A stretch of 64,000 nt of DNA from Balanoglossus misakiensis (taxonomy: Eukaryota; Animalia; Hemichordata). A program made the translations under genes and the position numbers. Below are positions 53,964 through 64,000 of the stretch, piece by piece. Each line of letters opens with the position of its first letter. Positions within the stretch are counted from its first letter, which is position 1. The stretch spans positions 5,258,301 through 5,322,300 of the forward strand of contig CM082577.2 of the NCBI GenBank assembly GCA_040954595.2, given 5' to 3'. The notes under the pieces are model-generated. The model was given only the letters and a program-made list of their open reading frames with translations, did not search any database and was not told the DNA's origin.

Positions 53964-56557
53964 TCATCTTTTCAGTGTCATCTCCATCATCCAGACAGTA
54001 TGGTTGCCAGGGAGACCGGATCCCGCGATGGACTGTGCGTCTGCCTCAAATGATGACAGCGCGATATGAGCGCACTGCAGGTGCCACTTGTTCAATAGGG
54101 ATTCCACGGACCAGTCAGCGCTGAAAATTTTCAACGGACGAGAGAAAGAGACTGGATTTCCATTTTTTCTACTCATTTCCCATGCTGCTTGAGTCTCTGA
54201 ATGGCTGACAAAGTGCCGTGTCCTCCGCGACCTCGAAGTTTGACGAGCGAGTAATTTTTATGGCTGAGGTGCGCGCCCTGGGGAGGCCAGACTTCACATT
54301 AATTACTTGCCGTTATCGATCACGTGTACTTGTGTAGAGCAACCCCCATCAGCTATCTCATTTCAGTTACTGTTAACGAGGCAACGCAAGGCACACAGAA
54401 CTCAGCCTCGTTTTTTCAAGTTGAATAATTTCTCTGATCACTGCAATTTTTCACTACCCTTCACCCATATTTTGCTCAACATGTTGATTTTTAAAATCAT
54501 TTCCAGTTTTTACCAGATATGATTGTGGTTTTCAAATATAGTATGTATGAAAATATAAGACGTAAATAAAAAAAAACTTAGCCACAGCCAAGCTAAAGAA
54601 TTGGTTTTGCTTACTTTCTCTCCTGGTACGTGCACAAAAATCTTGCATTTGGATTCCTGTCCAGAAGAAAATAGACGGTGGCAAGAACATCCTCAAAATC
54701 TGAAAGAGAAAATGAAACGGATGTATGGGTAAGGGAGGGGGGGGTAAGGGGATGAGAGAGAAAAAGGAGAGAGAAAGAGAGGGAGAGGGGAAGGAGAAAG
54801 CAAGCCAAATCTGACACGCAAGGCCCTTCTTTAGATTCTTTCAGAATATTTATTTACAACAGCAATTTGTCCGAATGTGTCACTCATCATTTCAAAAGGC
54901 AACATGAAATACGACTTGGAAGATATAAATTGCACTGTAAATGTAATTCAAATGCAAATACACGCTAAAGCAAACTTCTGATGGCTATCAAATCACAAGT
55001 TATGTTTTCACAATATCAATCGTTATTTAACAGACATAAAACAAGGGTCTTTTCCCCTGCTACCGTACCCTTGGTGTCGTAAAAACAGTCTGACGCCAGT
55101 ATCAAATCGAGCCGAGGCAAGCGGAACAGCTCTCCGGAGAACTGTCCCCACGTAATGCCGACCACGATGACATCTTCCAATCCATTGGCCTGGCAGCTCT
55201 GTCTGCAGTTTTCCAGGCACTGTGTGAACTGGGCTGCATCCGACAGGACCACCTTGGCGCCACACTTGGCGGCGACGATTCCCGCGAGACTTGTACCTGC
55301 GCCGAGCTGACACAGAAAAATGACGTTCATTCTATTCTCATCACTGCATGTAGATACAGTGTAATATTGTGCAATAGCAACTGGTACATGACTTCATACA
55401 TAATGAATACTTTGCATTGACCTGTGACTCTGTTTTTCTGATAAGCTGTTCACTCCTCTCATCAAAGCGTGTATATTATGAGTAATGACCATTTTCATTG
55501 TTAACAGATGCGTTACACAGTAAGATGGTATAGCATACATGTATTATAATAGTACCGACTCGCGGGAAATAAAACATGAAATAAATTGACAACTGTGACT
55601 TGCACAGCTTCTGAAATTGCCTTGAAAGCAATGGTTGATATTTACTGAAAAAACATACAATTAATTAATGAATAATTTTTATTTATGTATTGCCAGAGAA
55701 TGCTATTTTCTCAGTATGTCAATAAATGGCAGGACTAGATATATATATGAATGTGATGTTTATTTGAATGGATGCTGAGAGCAACTTGAGTTATTGCAGT
55801 AATGTTTACCTCTAAGACACTCTTCCCTCTGACCTGGTCTCTGTTGTACCATAAATACTGCGCCAGCACGGGTGCACACGGCCAGGTGTACATCCCGTAA
55901 TGAGGATCAAGTACCTGAAAGATATATGGAAAAGCAATTTACCGAAAGTCATAAACTAGTTAGTGCCGAGTCATTTAGATCGACTTGTAATATTGCTTTT
56001 TTTATGTGAAATGTGCGTGATCTGTGTACACTGATGTCAACTGCTGAAGGTGATGATCTCGGAGACTGAACTAATGTTCTTTTTATAGGGGGATAAGATC
56101 TACTTGCCTTGGAGCAAGTCTGGAAAATTCAACATATGACGTGTCTGTCCTTGTGACCCCTTACAAGTCTTGTTTAATGCCATGCTACCCATGCAATCGG
56201 TTGTATGTATGTTAAACACAGAAATCACACGCTGACAGCATAAGATTACTGTACATTGTACCGCGCAAGTAATACCCTACTACTGATTTTAATCAGATTG
56301 CTGGCTGGTATATGTAAAAATTCAACTATGGCGTTGAGGGCGCATATTGCCAACGAGAGAAGGTGACAGTGACAGTAGCCAAGCTATACAATTTTCCGGT
56401 GATTAGAAAGTAATTTAAAAACATTTCTCAAGTTCTCTGAATTTTTTTATCAACTTACCTCGGGTATTGTCACCTCCAGACATTGTTGTTTGTTCGTACA
56501 TTCACCACTACCCTCACCAGTAAATTTGAATTTTCTATAAGTAATTTTTGAAGCCAT
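53964..56557 (-). CDS. METTL23: Methyltransferase-like 23, 227 aa; complement(join(53964..54120,54615..54699,55069..55306,55810..55914,56459..56557))
   Basis: GT-AG phase-compatible exons give YGMYTWPCAPVLAQYLW, VLELGAGTSLAGIVAAKCGAKVVLSD, DLILASDCFYD, DFEDVLATVYFLL, TYQERNADWSVESLLNKW and LPGNHTVWM, which match METTL23. Confidence 0.95.
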
Positions 56558-56628
56558 TCGCACATCAATATAACAAAGCGGGTGTCAAACAACCCGGTGT
56601 CTACGAGAAGTTTTAGCTTACGCGCAAT

Positions 56629-56856
56629 TTAGTCCTTTTCTTGCGAGTCCCTCTCAATCGTCAAACGCTTCGTAAGTTCAATCTGATATTCCAAGTCTTT
56701 GATGTTTTGTTGCTTCCTTTCCCTGCGTTCTATATCCTTGATGACGCCCTCGAACATTCTATATTTTGTCGAATTCTTGTAATGATGAACGCCGGCGATT
56801 ATTCCAACGGAGGTGAGCACAGAAATCCCCAAAACAATTTTCGAAGCAGTCGACAT
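56629..56856 (-). CDS. PET117: PET117 cytochrome c oxidase assembly factor, 75 aa, intronless
   Basis: MSTASKIVLGISVLTSVGIIAGVH...RMFEGVIKDIERRERKQQNIKDLEYQIELTKRL parallels human MSRSSKVVLGLSVLLTAATVAGVH...RLRDGVIRDIERQIRKKENIRLLGEQIILTEQL. Confidence 0.93.
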   Translation of the reverse strand: MSTASKIVLGISVLTSVGIIAGVHHYKNSTKYRMFEGVIKDIERRERKQQNIKDLEYQIELTKRLTIERDSQEKD

Positions 56857-57165
56857 TTCGGGGATCGGATTCAAAGTTCAAAGGTCACGTGTAACTTCAC
56901 TTCCACCGCGACGTGCACGTAGCACTGACTGTCGTGTCGAAATTCTGTGGAAAGCCTTCGTAACAAGGAAGAAAAATAGACAATTTGTTAAAGAACTGGC
57001 GTTCTGTCGTGATAGGAAAGACTTACTCTCTACACGTGGCACATAGCACGAAACATTTGGCCGCACAACCTTCGGCACGACTTCGATATGGGGGCAGACA
57101 TATTTGCTGGTGCAATGCATTGTGGGTGGACCGGAAACGATGTGTATTATGATCCGTCCTCCAAC
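56857..57165. promoter_or_regulatory. Bidirectional promoter between PET117/METTL23 and GNPTG
   Basis: 309 bp between divergent ATGs; CpG-rich; DR1 AGTTCAaAGGTCA (56875-56887), GTCACGTG (56884-56891), CACGTG (57033-57038), ETS-like CCGGAA (57131). Confidence 0.7.
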
Positions 57166-59776
57166 ATGGCACCAAACGTTGCAATTTGGTTCTGTATGGT
57201 TCTTGTGGTCCAGTTTTCCTTCAGTTGTAAGTAACAAACGCCTACGGCTAGACAGCAGTCGGGTCGTCACTTCGTGGTGGTTATGTCCCAGGATGATGTG
57301 ATTGTGAACGTTTGCTTCAACTATAAAGTAACGAAGATTATACAATCTCGAATTCCCCACAAATCTACAAATTTTCCGTTGTTAAAAATAATTTTCCTTT
57401 ACAGTTTCCGAGAGTGAAAAAGTGTCCATGAGACTTGTGGAAGAACCATCCAATTTTGGGTAGGTCTTAGTTTTGGCTGTTCTCTACACGGGTCCTGATT
57501 TCATTGGTGTATTAAAATGACAAGGATGTACTTCAAAACAGAGATACTGGTAGCCCAAGCAAATCATAGTGCAGCAGCATCTATATTGACTGCTTTTTTG
57601 CATGATACAAACTATCAATATCTTTTCATGTGAAAGAGGTCTCTGAAATACTATCATCATCTGACGTGTTTGCTTGATTACAGATATAACCAAGATACGT
57701 ACCAACAGGCGCCAAGTTTAGTTGCTAGGGTGAAACCCGCCAATGTATCAGGTCAGTGCAGATTATCACAGAAATGTATTGAAGAAGTTAATTTGCCAAG
57801 AATTTTTCATGTAGTCTTGAGATTTCCCAGTGCAGAGTATTTCTGCATTGTGAGAAAATTTCAAGACGTCTATAGTGTCTCTTCCTAACACTGCATCTAT
57901 GACCAGGCACTTCCCAATGCAATCTTCATTTCTGATATATGTCATTTGTCTGTTTTGTGCCTGTCTCTAGGACCAGTTTTGCTGAAAAGACTTGCTGGGA
58001 AATGCATCGAAGAGGTTCATGATCAGTGAGTTTCTTGCTTTATCATTCTTTATTGATCTCGTGTTATGCACGGATGCAGTAAATCAACTGTTCTGTAATT
58101 GATGCTATTCTTGTTTTTCACAGGTACAAATATTTGTTTTGTCCCTTTCGTAATGTGACACAGCACGAGCAGAGTTTACGATGGAATCCTTACAGTGGTG
58201 TTCTAGGGTGAGTGTACATTTCAGAGTAAAGGGACATATCTTGATCAGATCGTACATCCAATCACAAATTTGCCGTCGGCTTCTGTTTGTAAAAAAAAAA
58301 TATGTTCACTGCGTTAATTTTTGTTATCAGTGTGTGGCAGGAGTGGGTGATACAAAACAACACATTTGAAGCTATGCTGCTGAAAAGTGGTGATGCGTGT
58401 GGAGAAAAGACTCGACAAACAACAGTAAGTCCAACATTGCAATTATCATACAAGAGTACAGGTCCATATATGACCATATATGGACCTGGGTTATATGCAT
58501 GGCCTATTCAACTCGCCTTATTGGCTCCATGCACTCATCCATTTAGAGAGGCATGGTTTATTTTTTCCCCTTCTACTTCTAGGTATACTTTAAATGCAAC
58601 ACTGAGAATAAACTGACTGATATATCCGAGCCAAAAACATGTGAATATCAGATGACTCTGCAAACCCCATTTGTTTGCCATCCACATTCTATGTTAGGTA
58701 AGATCGAAAATCTCAAATGTAGATAACATAAGTATTTGTAACATGCACTTTGAAAATGAATGCTTCTTGCATTCTTTCCCACTCACATTCTTATTTGTAT
58801 TGTAGAATTTATTTTAAACTGGTGACGCGTCTGTGTTTCTTGCAGTTTATCCAACATTATCAGAAGAGTTGAAAGATAAATGGGACATATTAGAAGGTGA
58901 ACTACAACAAGAAGAAATCACTGAGCAGGTTTGGTGGCTTACTTTGTCATCATCATCTTTGACCTCCAACGCAGTTTACTCTTGGTTTGGCAGCCATTTT
59001 GAATAGTCGACCTTTGACTTTTCCGTGCCCCAGCTGGTCCCCAAAAGTTATCTCTCTCAGAAGAAATTGTTTTCAAAGACTGTGTGCTTATTTAGTCTAT
59101 GGTGGATGCTCGATGTAATTGTAATAACTATGGTTACTTTCAGGGTTATAATAAAAGTCTACACAAAATTTTTGAAGAAGCTGGCTTTGTGCTGCCACCC
59201 GATAAATTCTTACAACCAGTGAAAACAGAAGAGGACACAACAGAGATGAAGAATTTCGATGATTTAGCAACCTGCAATGAAGTAAGTAAAATGACATACA
59301 TATACACTGACATGGTACAGTGGGTTTTTGTGTTTTGCAATCACTGTGATTACATTTGTTTTATCATAGGAATATAACAAATTGAAAGAAGAAATTAAAA
59401 GATTAAAAGGGTTAGTGCCAGAAGATACCAAGAATGATGGTGGTAAGTGATGAATAAATAACAGTAAACATGTTGAATCAAAAGTTGTATCGTAAAAAAG
59501 AAGGGGAGCATTGGTTCTTTTTTCTTTTCATATTATGCAGAAGTATCAATTTTTTGTTTCTAATAAACAGTTACAGGCTACTGGTCTGCTGTTTGCCAAT
59601 GTAGAAGTGTAGTGGGCTCTCCACTTGCCAATTTATTAACTTGTGCCAATCTTCTGGGCTTCGTTACAGGTGTTCAAGATGACATACAGTTCAAACCACA
59701 AGACTTTGAACATTATGCTGCTGCTGATGGTGATCATGCAATATACGGTGACGACCTGTACGACTACGGTAGATAG
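57166..59776 (+). CDS. GNPTG: GlcNAc-1-phosphotransferase subunit gamma, 310 aa; join(57166..57226,57405..57459,57684..57751,57971..58025,58124..58207,58331..58424,58583..58697,58846..58928,59144..59281,59370..59442,59670..59776)
   Basis: Signal peptide [19 protein letters not shown]; [11 protein letters not shown]; MRH domain [33 protein letters not shown]...NNTF...GDAC...EPKTCEY...[16 protein letters not shown]; [11 protein letters not shown]. All 10 introns are GT-AG and in phase. AATAAA at 60043 and 60164. Confidence 0.96.
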
Positions 59777-60766
59777 TCTCCATGGCAACGACCTCTGTGA
59801 CTATAGCAGATTCGACCCCCTGTACAGCTCTGGGGTTTGATGGCGGTCACCTGTGCGGCCGGAGTAGACAGGTTGCGATCGTGTTAAACTGTGCAGGTGG
59901 TCAGTTCATTAGTGGGGTGTGGCATTTGGTGCAAGTGGAGATAATGACATCTTTCATGTGGTACAATGATCAAGTGTCATTACTTATTTCTCCACAGAAA
60001 GATCAAATACTTTTTTGTTACTTTTGAGGGGACTGTGTAATTAATAAATTGTGAACATTTTCTAAGTGATTTAAAGTTAATCAACTTTTGTATAGCTTGT
60101 AGAAAATGGTTCGCCCTTTAGGGTGTATAAGATGCATTTTGTTGTAAATTTTTGTTCAAAACAAATAAAGTTGAATCAAAATTAACTGGGAATCCAGGCT
60201 AGTGATTAGATTTTGATTTGTGCCACAGTGTGAAATGACAGAGGCAACCCTGCCATACTTTTGTGTTGGTCTTTGGAGCAAAAATAAAAGCTCTGGCGCA
60301 CGAGAATACACCCTTTTCGAAAGTCTAGCGCCCTCATGCAGCCACCATGAATTTGAACTGATCTGTGTCACCGTGGGATATAGTATGACCCCTAGCCCGT
60401 TAAAAGACAGCTGCAGCAACAATAGACTACACTTGGAAGGAAAAAAAACTCTTTCATTGCTCTATTCAACATTGGCAAAGTGACCTATTTTGCCCTCTCC
60501 TATAGATATTGTTCATTAGGGGAATTTTTGGTCTTATCCCCCCCCCATATTTCTCGAAATAAAGGGGTCTTTTGTCGAAAAGTCTCATAAAAGAGTAGAG
60601 GTAATTTTTGTGGAGCGAGCTCCTTCAAGGATCTGAGAGTGCCACCCACCGGGTCCCCCTGGAGTTCCCTTGTCGTAAACTACCAAGGGGAGAGAAGCTG
60701 ACGGTTTACCTAAAGCACAAGTAAGCCCATAGGTCTACGTAATACGGTGTGTCCACGACATGCACG

Positions 60767-62235
60767 ATGGCCACCTTTCTCTATTTCGGATATGCCAGTA
60801 ATCTTCTGGAAGAGCGCATCAAACTGGGTTGCCCGACCGTCAAATTCCGCACCATTGCCAAGCTGAAGGTATTGTTCACGTACAGATGAGACACGTAGTT
60901 TCTTTATTTTTTGTGGTCGACGTCGGGTAAGATAGTCGGGCCGAGTATGGTCGTTGAAGACACATCCAGTATTTCGAAATCTGCACTAGTATGTACATTT
61001 ACATGTATTGTGTACAATGTGTTTGCATGTTCATTTATGTTTCATATTGAAATGCTGCGCAGATATAACTCACTGTTGTTCCACATATGTTTTTTACTAT
61101 GGCATGATCACCAGGGGCATGACCCTCAAATGGCGATGGTCATGCCCTCTCAGTTAGACTTTAACCCGAGTGTTCATTTGCGAAGCGTAATGTTTTAAAA
61201 GTAAACTCACTGGAATAGAAAAACTTATCCTTTTCTCTCGGCGTCGGAGAAATGAATGGTTTTTGTGACGGCGACGACGATAATGAACATAATTAGCTAT
61301 TGCTATTTCTGTTTTGTAGGACTACAAATTTTCCTTTAACAACGCACCCGACTTCGACAGCCCATGGCGTGGTGCCACTGCTAATATTTTATCATCACCA
61401 GGCCACGTGACGTGGGGTGCTGTTTGGGAGATCGGTACCCAATATATCGACGCTCTCAATCGGTAATTGAATTTATTCACACCTGGCCACAAATTCAAAG
61501 GGCCACTATCCGTCTGTAAATTTCCTTAATTTTGCTGTATGTTTTTGGTTAGGGTTATGTATCAACTATGCGCTTTCTTGCCCTCCCTCCTGCATCATTT
61601 TATATGTGTACGGACCATTTTTGTTGTTGATAAATGCATTCAAAGTCGGACTTGAATAAATTTTTAAACAATAACGTAACAGTATCAGATTATATGCCCA
61701 TGGACTGTTTTGAGAAGATGATACAAACTTGGCATTTCAAGGCTACAAACACATGTACACGCTGTACGGAGACGAACGTAACAAGAAACCATGGCAATTA
61801 CACAGAACATAAATAGGCCTACTGGGGGAATGATGTCAAAAGATAAGGGAAGTGCAGCTTTTGAAAAAGACAAAAACTCAAATTCTCCATATTTGCAACG
61901 TATGTTATAATACATTACTGTTTCTCTGTTTTTAATTTTCTCCTGCGTTTTTTTTAAATAGGGAGGATGCTGTCGATAAAGGTATCTATCGTAATATAGA
62001 AGTGCAAGTGGAATCGCCCAAGGGTGAAAAGTTATCTTGTCGCTGTCTGGAAATGTGCGAACCACTTCCACAACCTGGCCTACCTTCGCCTCAGTATCTG
62101 AGTGTTATCGTTGATGGCGCTGTGCAAAGAAAGTTGCCGTTCGACTACATCGAAATGTTGAAAGCTACTCACCACAATGGTTTCGCCGGAGAGGTTCCTA
62201 TCATGAAAGAAATCGATTTAATTAAAGAAAAGTGA
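60767..62235 (+). CDS. GGCT: Gamma-glutamylcyclotransferase-like protein, 172 aa, divergent active site; join(60767..60868,61320..61462,61962..62235)
   Basis: FLYFGYASNLLEERI, WRGATANILSSPGHVTWGAVWEI, GIYRNIEVQVESPKGEKLSCR and PSPQYLSVIVDGA...LPFDYIEMLK are collinear with human GGCT; AATAAA at 62376. Confidence 0.9.
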
Positions 62236-62785
62236 AGACTCTTTGATCTAGTAGAAGCTGGGTGTGGTCAATGACGACAAGTCATAAGATATCTGCGGAC
62301 AAAGTAATTGACTGCACATGAGATTTATGTTTGATGTGTTTAGTTTACTTTTGAATACATGTAATGTGCTTGACAAATAAAACTCGGAAAGTTTAATTTC
62401 ACTCGATATCAATTGCCTCTGAATCATTTATAGAACAACACGTATTTATCTATGAAAACTTCCCCAATTCCCCACCTCCAATCGAATTGGATAGAAGGGA
62501 AACAGCAAGTTTGTCAAAAATTCTCATGTGTAAGCAAAATGATATTCTTATACTTTTTGTTTAAAGTTTTAGCTAACCTTTGAGGGGAGACAGTGATAAT
62601 ATATAGCATCATTTCAAGTTATGATATCCATCCTGTGTTAATAAAAGTACCCGGTACGTAATTTACTGACAGGGTTTGCCAATAGCCTGGCCTGAAGCGT
62701 GATTTCACGTGGAAATGCGAGATCCAATGAGACTCTCCGTTCGTCTCACTGCGCATGTGTACATTTTTCCGCAGCGGCTTTGAAA

Positions 62786-63876
62786 ATGTCGTACAGAGAT
62801 CTAAGAAGTAGGTGAAATGAATTGGATTTTTGTCTTTTAACAGGAAAGTTCACACCTTTTTTACTGTTAAATGTTATCAGTGGTTCCTTTCGACGTTGTA
62901 CTTACGGGGGACGTGTGTACACCAGACACGGATCATCAAAATTTAGCGTCCTGGTTGTCGTGGGTAACGTCGTGACGACAACATGTCCTCCATTCCGATC
63001 TGCATAAACATTGTTTTGGTGTGAAATGTGTAGTGTATGTAATATACGCATGATACATCGGCGCAGTGGCAGAACGGTAGATTTTGGAGGAGGGTTTTCT
63101 GCCACCAGAAATGTACCCTGATGTTGGATAATATAATTATGGCCGTATAATTATAACATCGTGATCACTGATCAGCCAGCTGACATCCGATCACTGCCAT
63201 GTCATGGATGGATGTATTTACGTCAGTAGTTTATATGATAAATACACTGGTACATTGTATTTGAAAAACATTGTAGTTCAAAAGCATGTACCAACAGTGC
63301 CAACCCTACTGTACTGTACTGTAATGTACTGTACAGTACATGTGTAGTAACACTCAATGATAGACCATCGTCCGCTCGCACGGGTCGTTTGCTCGACCAC
63401 AGTCTCTATTTTTGGTGAACAAGACCTTTGTAGACGAAGATGATGATAGACTGATACATTTTCTCTTTTCATTTGTAGACTTCACTGAAATGATGAGGGC
63501 GTTGGGTTACCCACGCCTCATCTCCATGGAAAACTTCAGAACTCCCAACTTTGCCTTGGTGGCAGAAGTTTTAATATGGCTAGTAAGACGGTAAGCAGTC
63601 CAGTTTATCTGCGACTGAGTCAGTTCAGTTTTCACCGAGCTGTAAAATCCCTGACGTGTTCCAACATAAGATGGCACTGTCAAATATGAATATTATCACT
63701 AGCCTACTGTAGTATGTACAGTGTATTTTCTTTGGTACTAGGCTGGCTTCTATCTGTGACAGTTTATGATGTCAATGTTTATGTTCACCAGGTATGACCC
63801 CAACACCGATTTACCAATGGATACAGATACAGAACAAGACAGAGTGATATTTATCAAGGCAGTTGCCCAATTCATG
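62786..63876 (+). CDS. CLUAP1: Clusterin-associated protein 1 / IFT38, 5' part (exons 62786..62807, 63479..63590, 63792..63876; continues beyond the window)
   Basis: [73 protein letters not shown] is the conserved CLUAP1 N-terminus; junctions are GT-AG. Confidence 0.97.
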
Positions 63877-64000
63877 GTGAGATGCATTAAGATTTGAAAT
63901 TTGACTTTCTTAAAAAAAACTGTAGGACAGTCATAGTCATATAACAATTCAACATAACTTAACATATCTTTGTGCACATACCAGTATATATACATGTAAA

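Noticed and set aside
56878-57360. 160-aa minus-strand ORF upstream of PET117
   Set aside because: Non-ATG start, spans the promoter and antisense GNPTG exon 1, and has no recognisable homology.

Overview
Intron-containing animal genomic DNA with GT-AG introns and microsatellites; the gene set and repeats suggest an invertebrate deuterostome, possibly an enteropneust hemichordate (inference). Left to right: a full-length 7SL/SRP RNA gene (minus, 433-728); an unidentified ~200-nt hairpin-rich element just beyond it (1127-1327); synaptotagmin-17 (plus, 6 coding exons, 6205-23558); an SBK1-type Ser/Thr kinase with a single coding exon (43132-44508) and a probable far-upstream non-coding exon; then a compact block of METTL23 (minus, 5 exons), PET117 (minus, 1 exon), GNPTG (plus, 11 exons), a GGCT-like gene (plus, 3 exons) and the first 3 exons of CLUAP1/IFT38. 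Exon chains were assembled by hand and all join in frame; orthology calls rest on recalled human protein sequences, not on a search. Best leads: (1) PET117 and METTL23 are only 71 nt apart and look bicistronic; (2) the candidate structured ncRNA head-to-head with 7SL; (3) a GGCT homolog in which the catalytic Glu position is Asp; (4) dense CRE palindromes and RFX X-boxes in the SYT17/SBK1 non-coding DNA.
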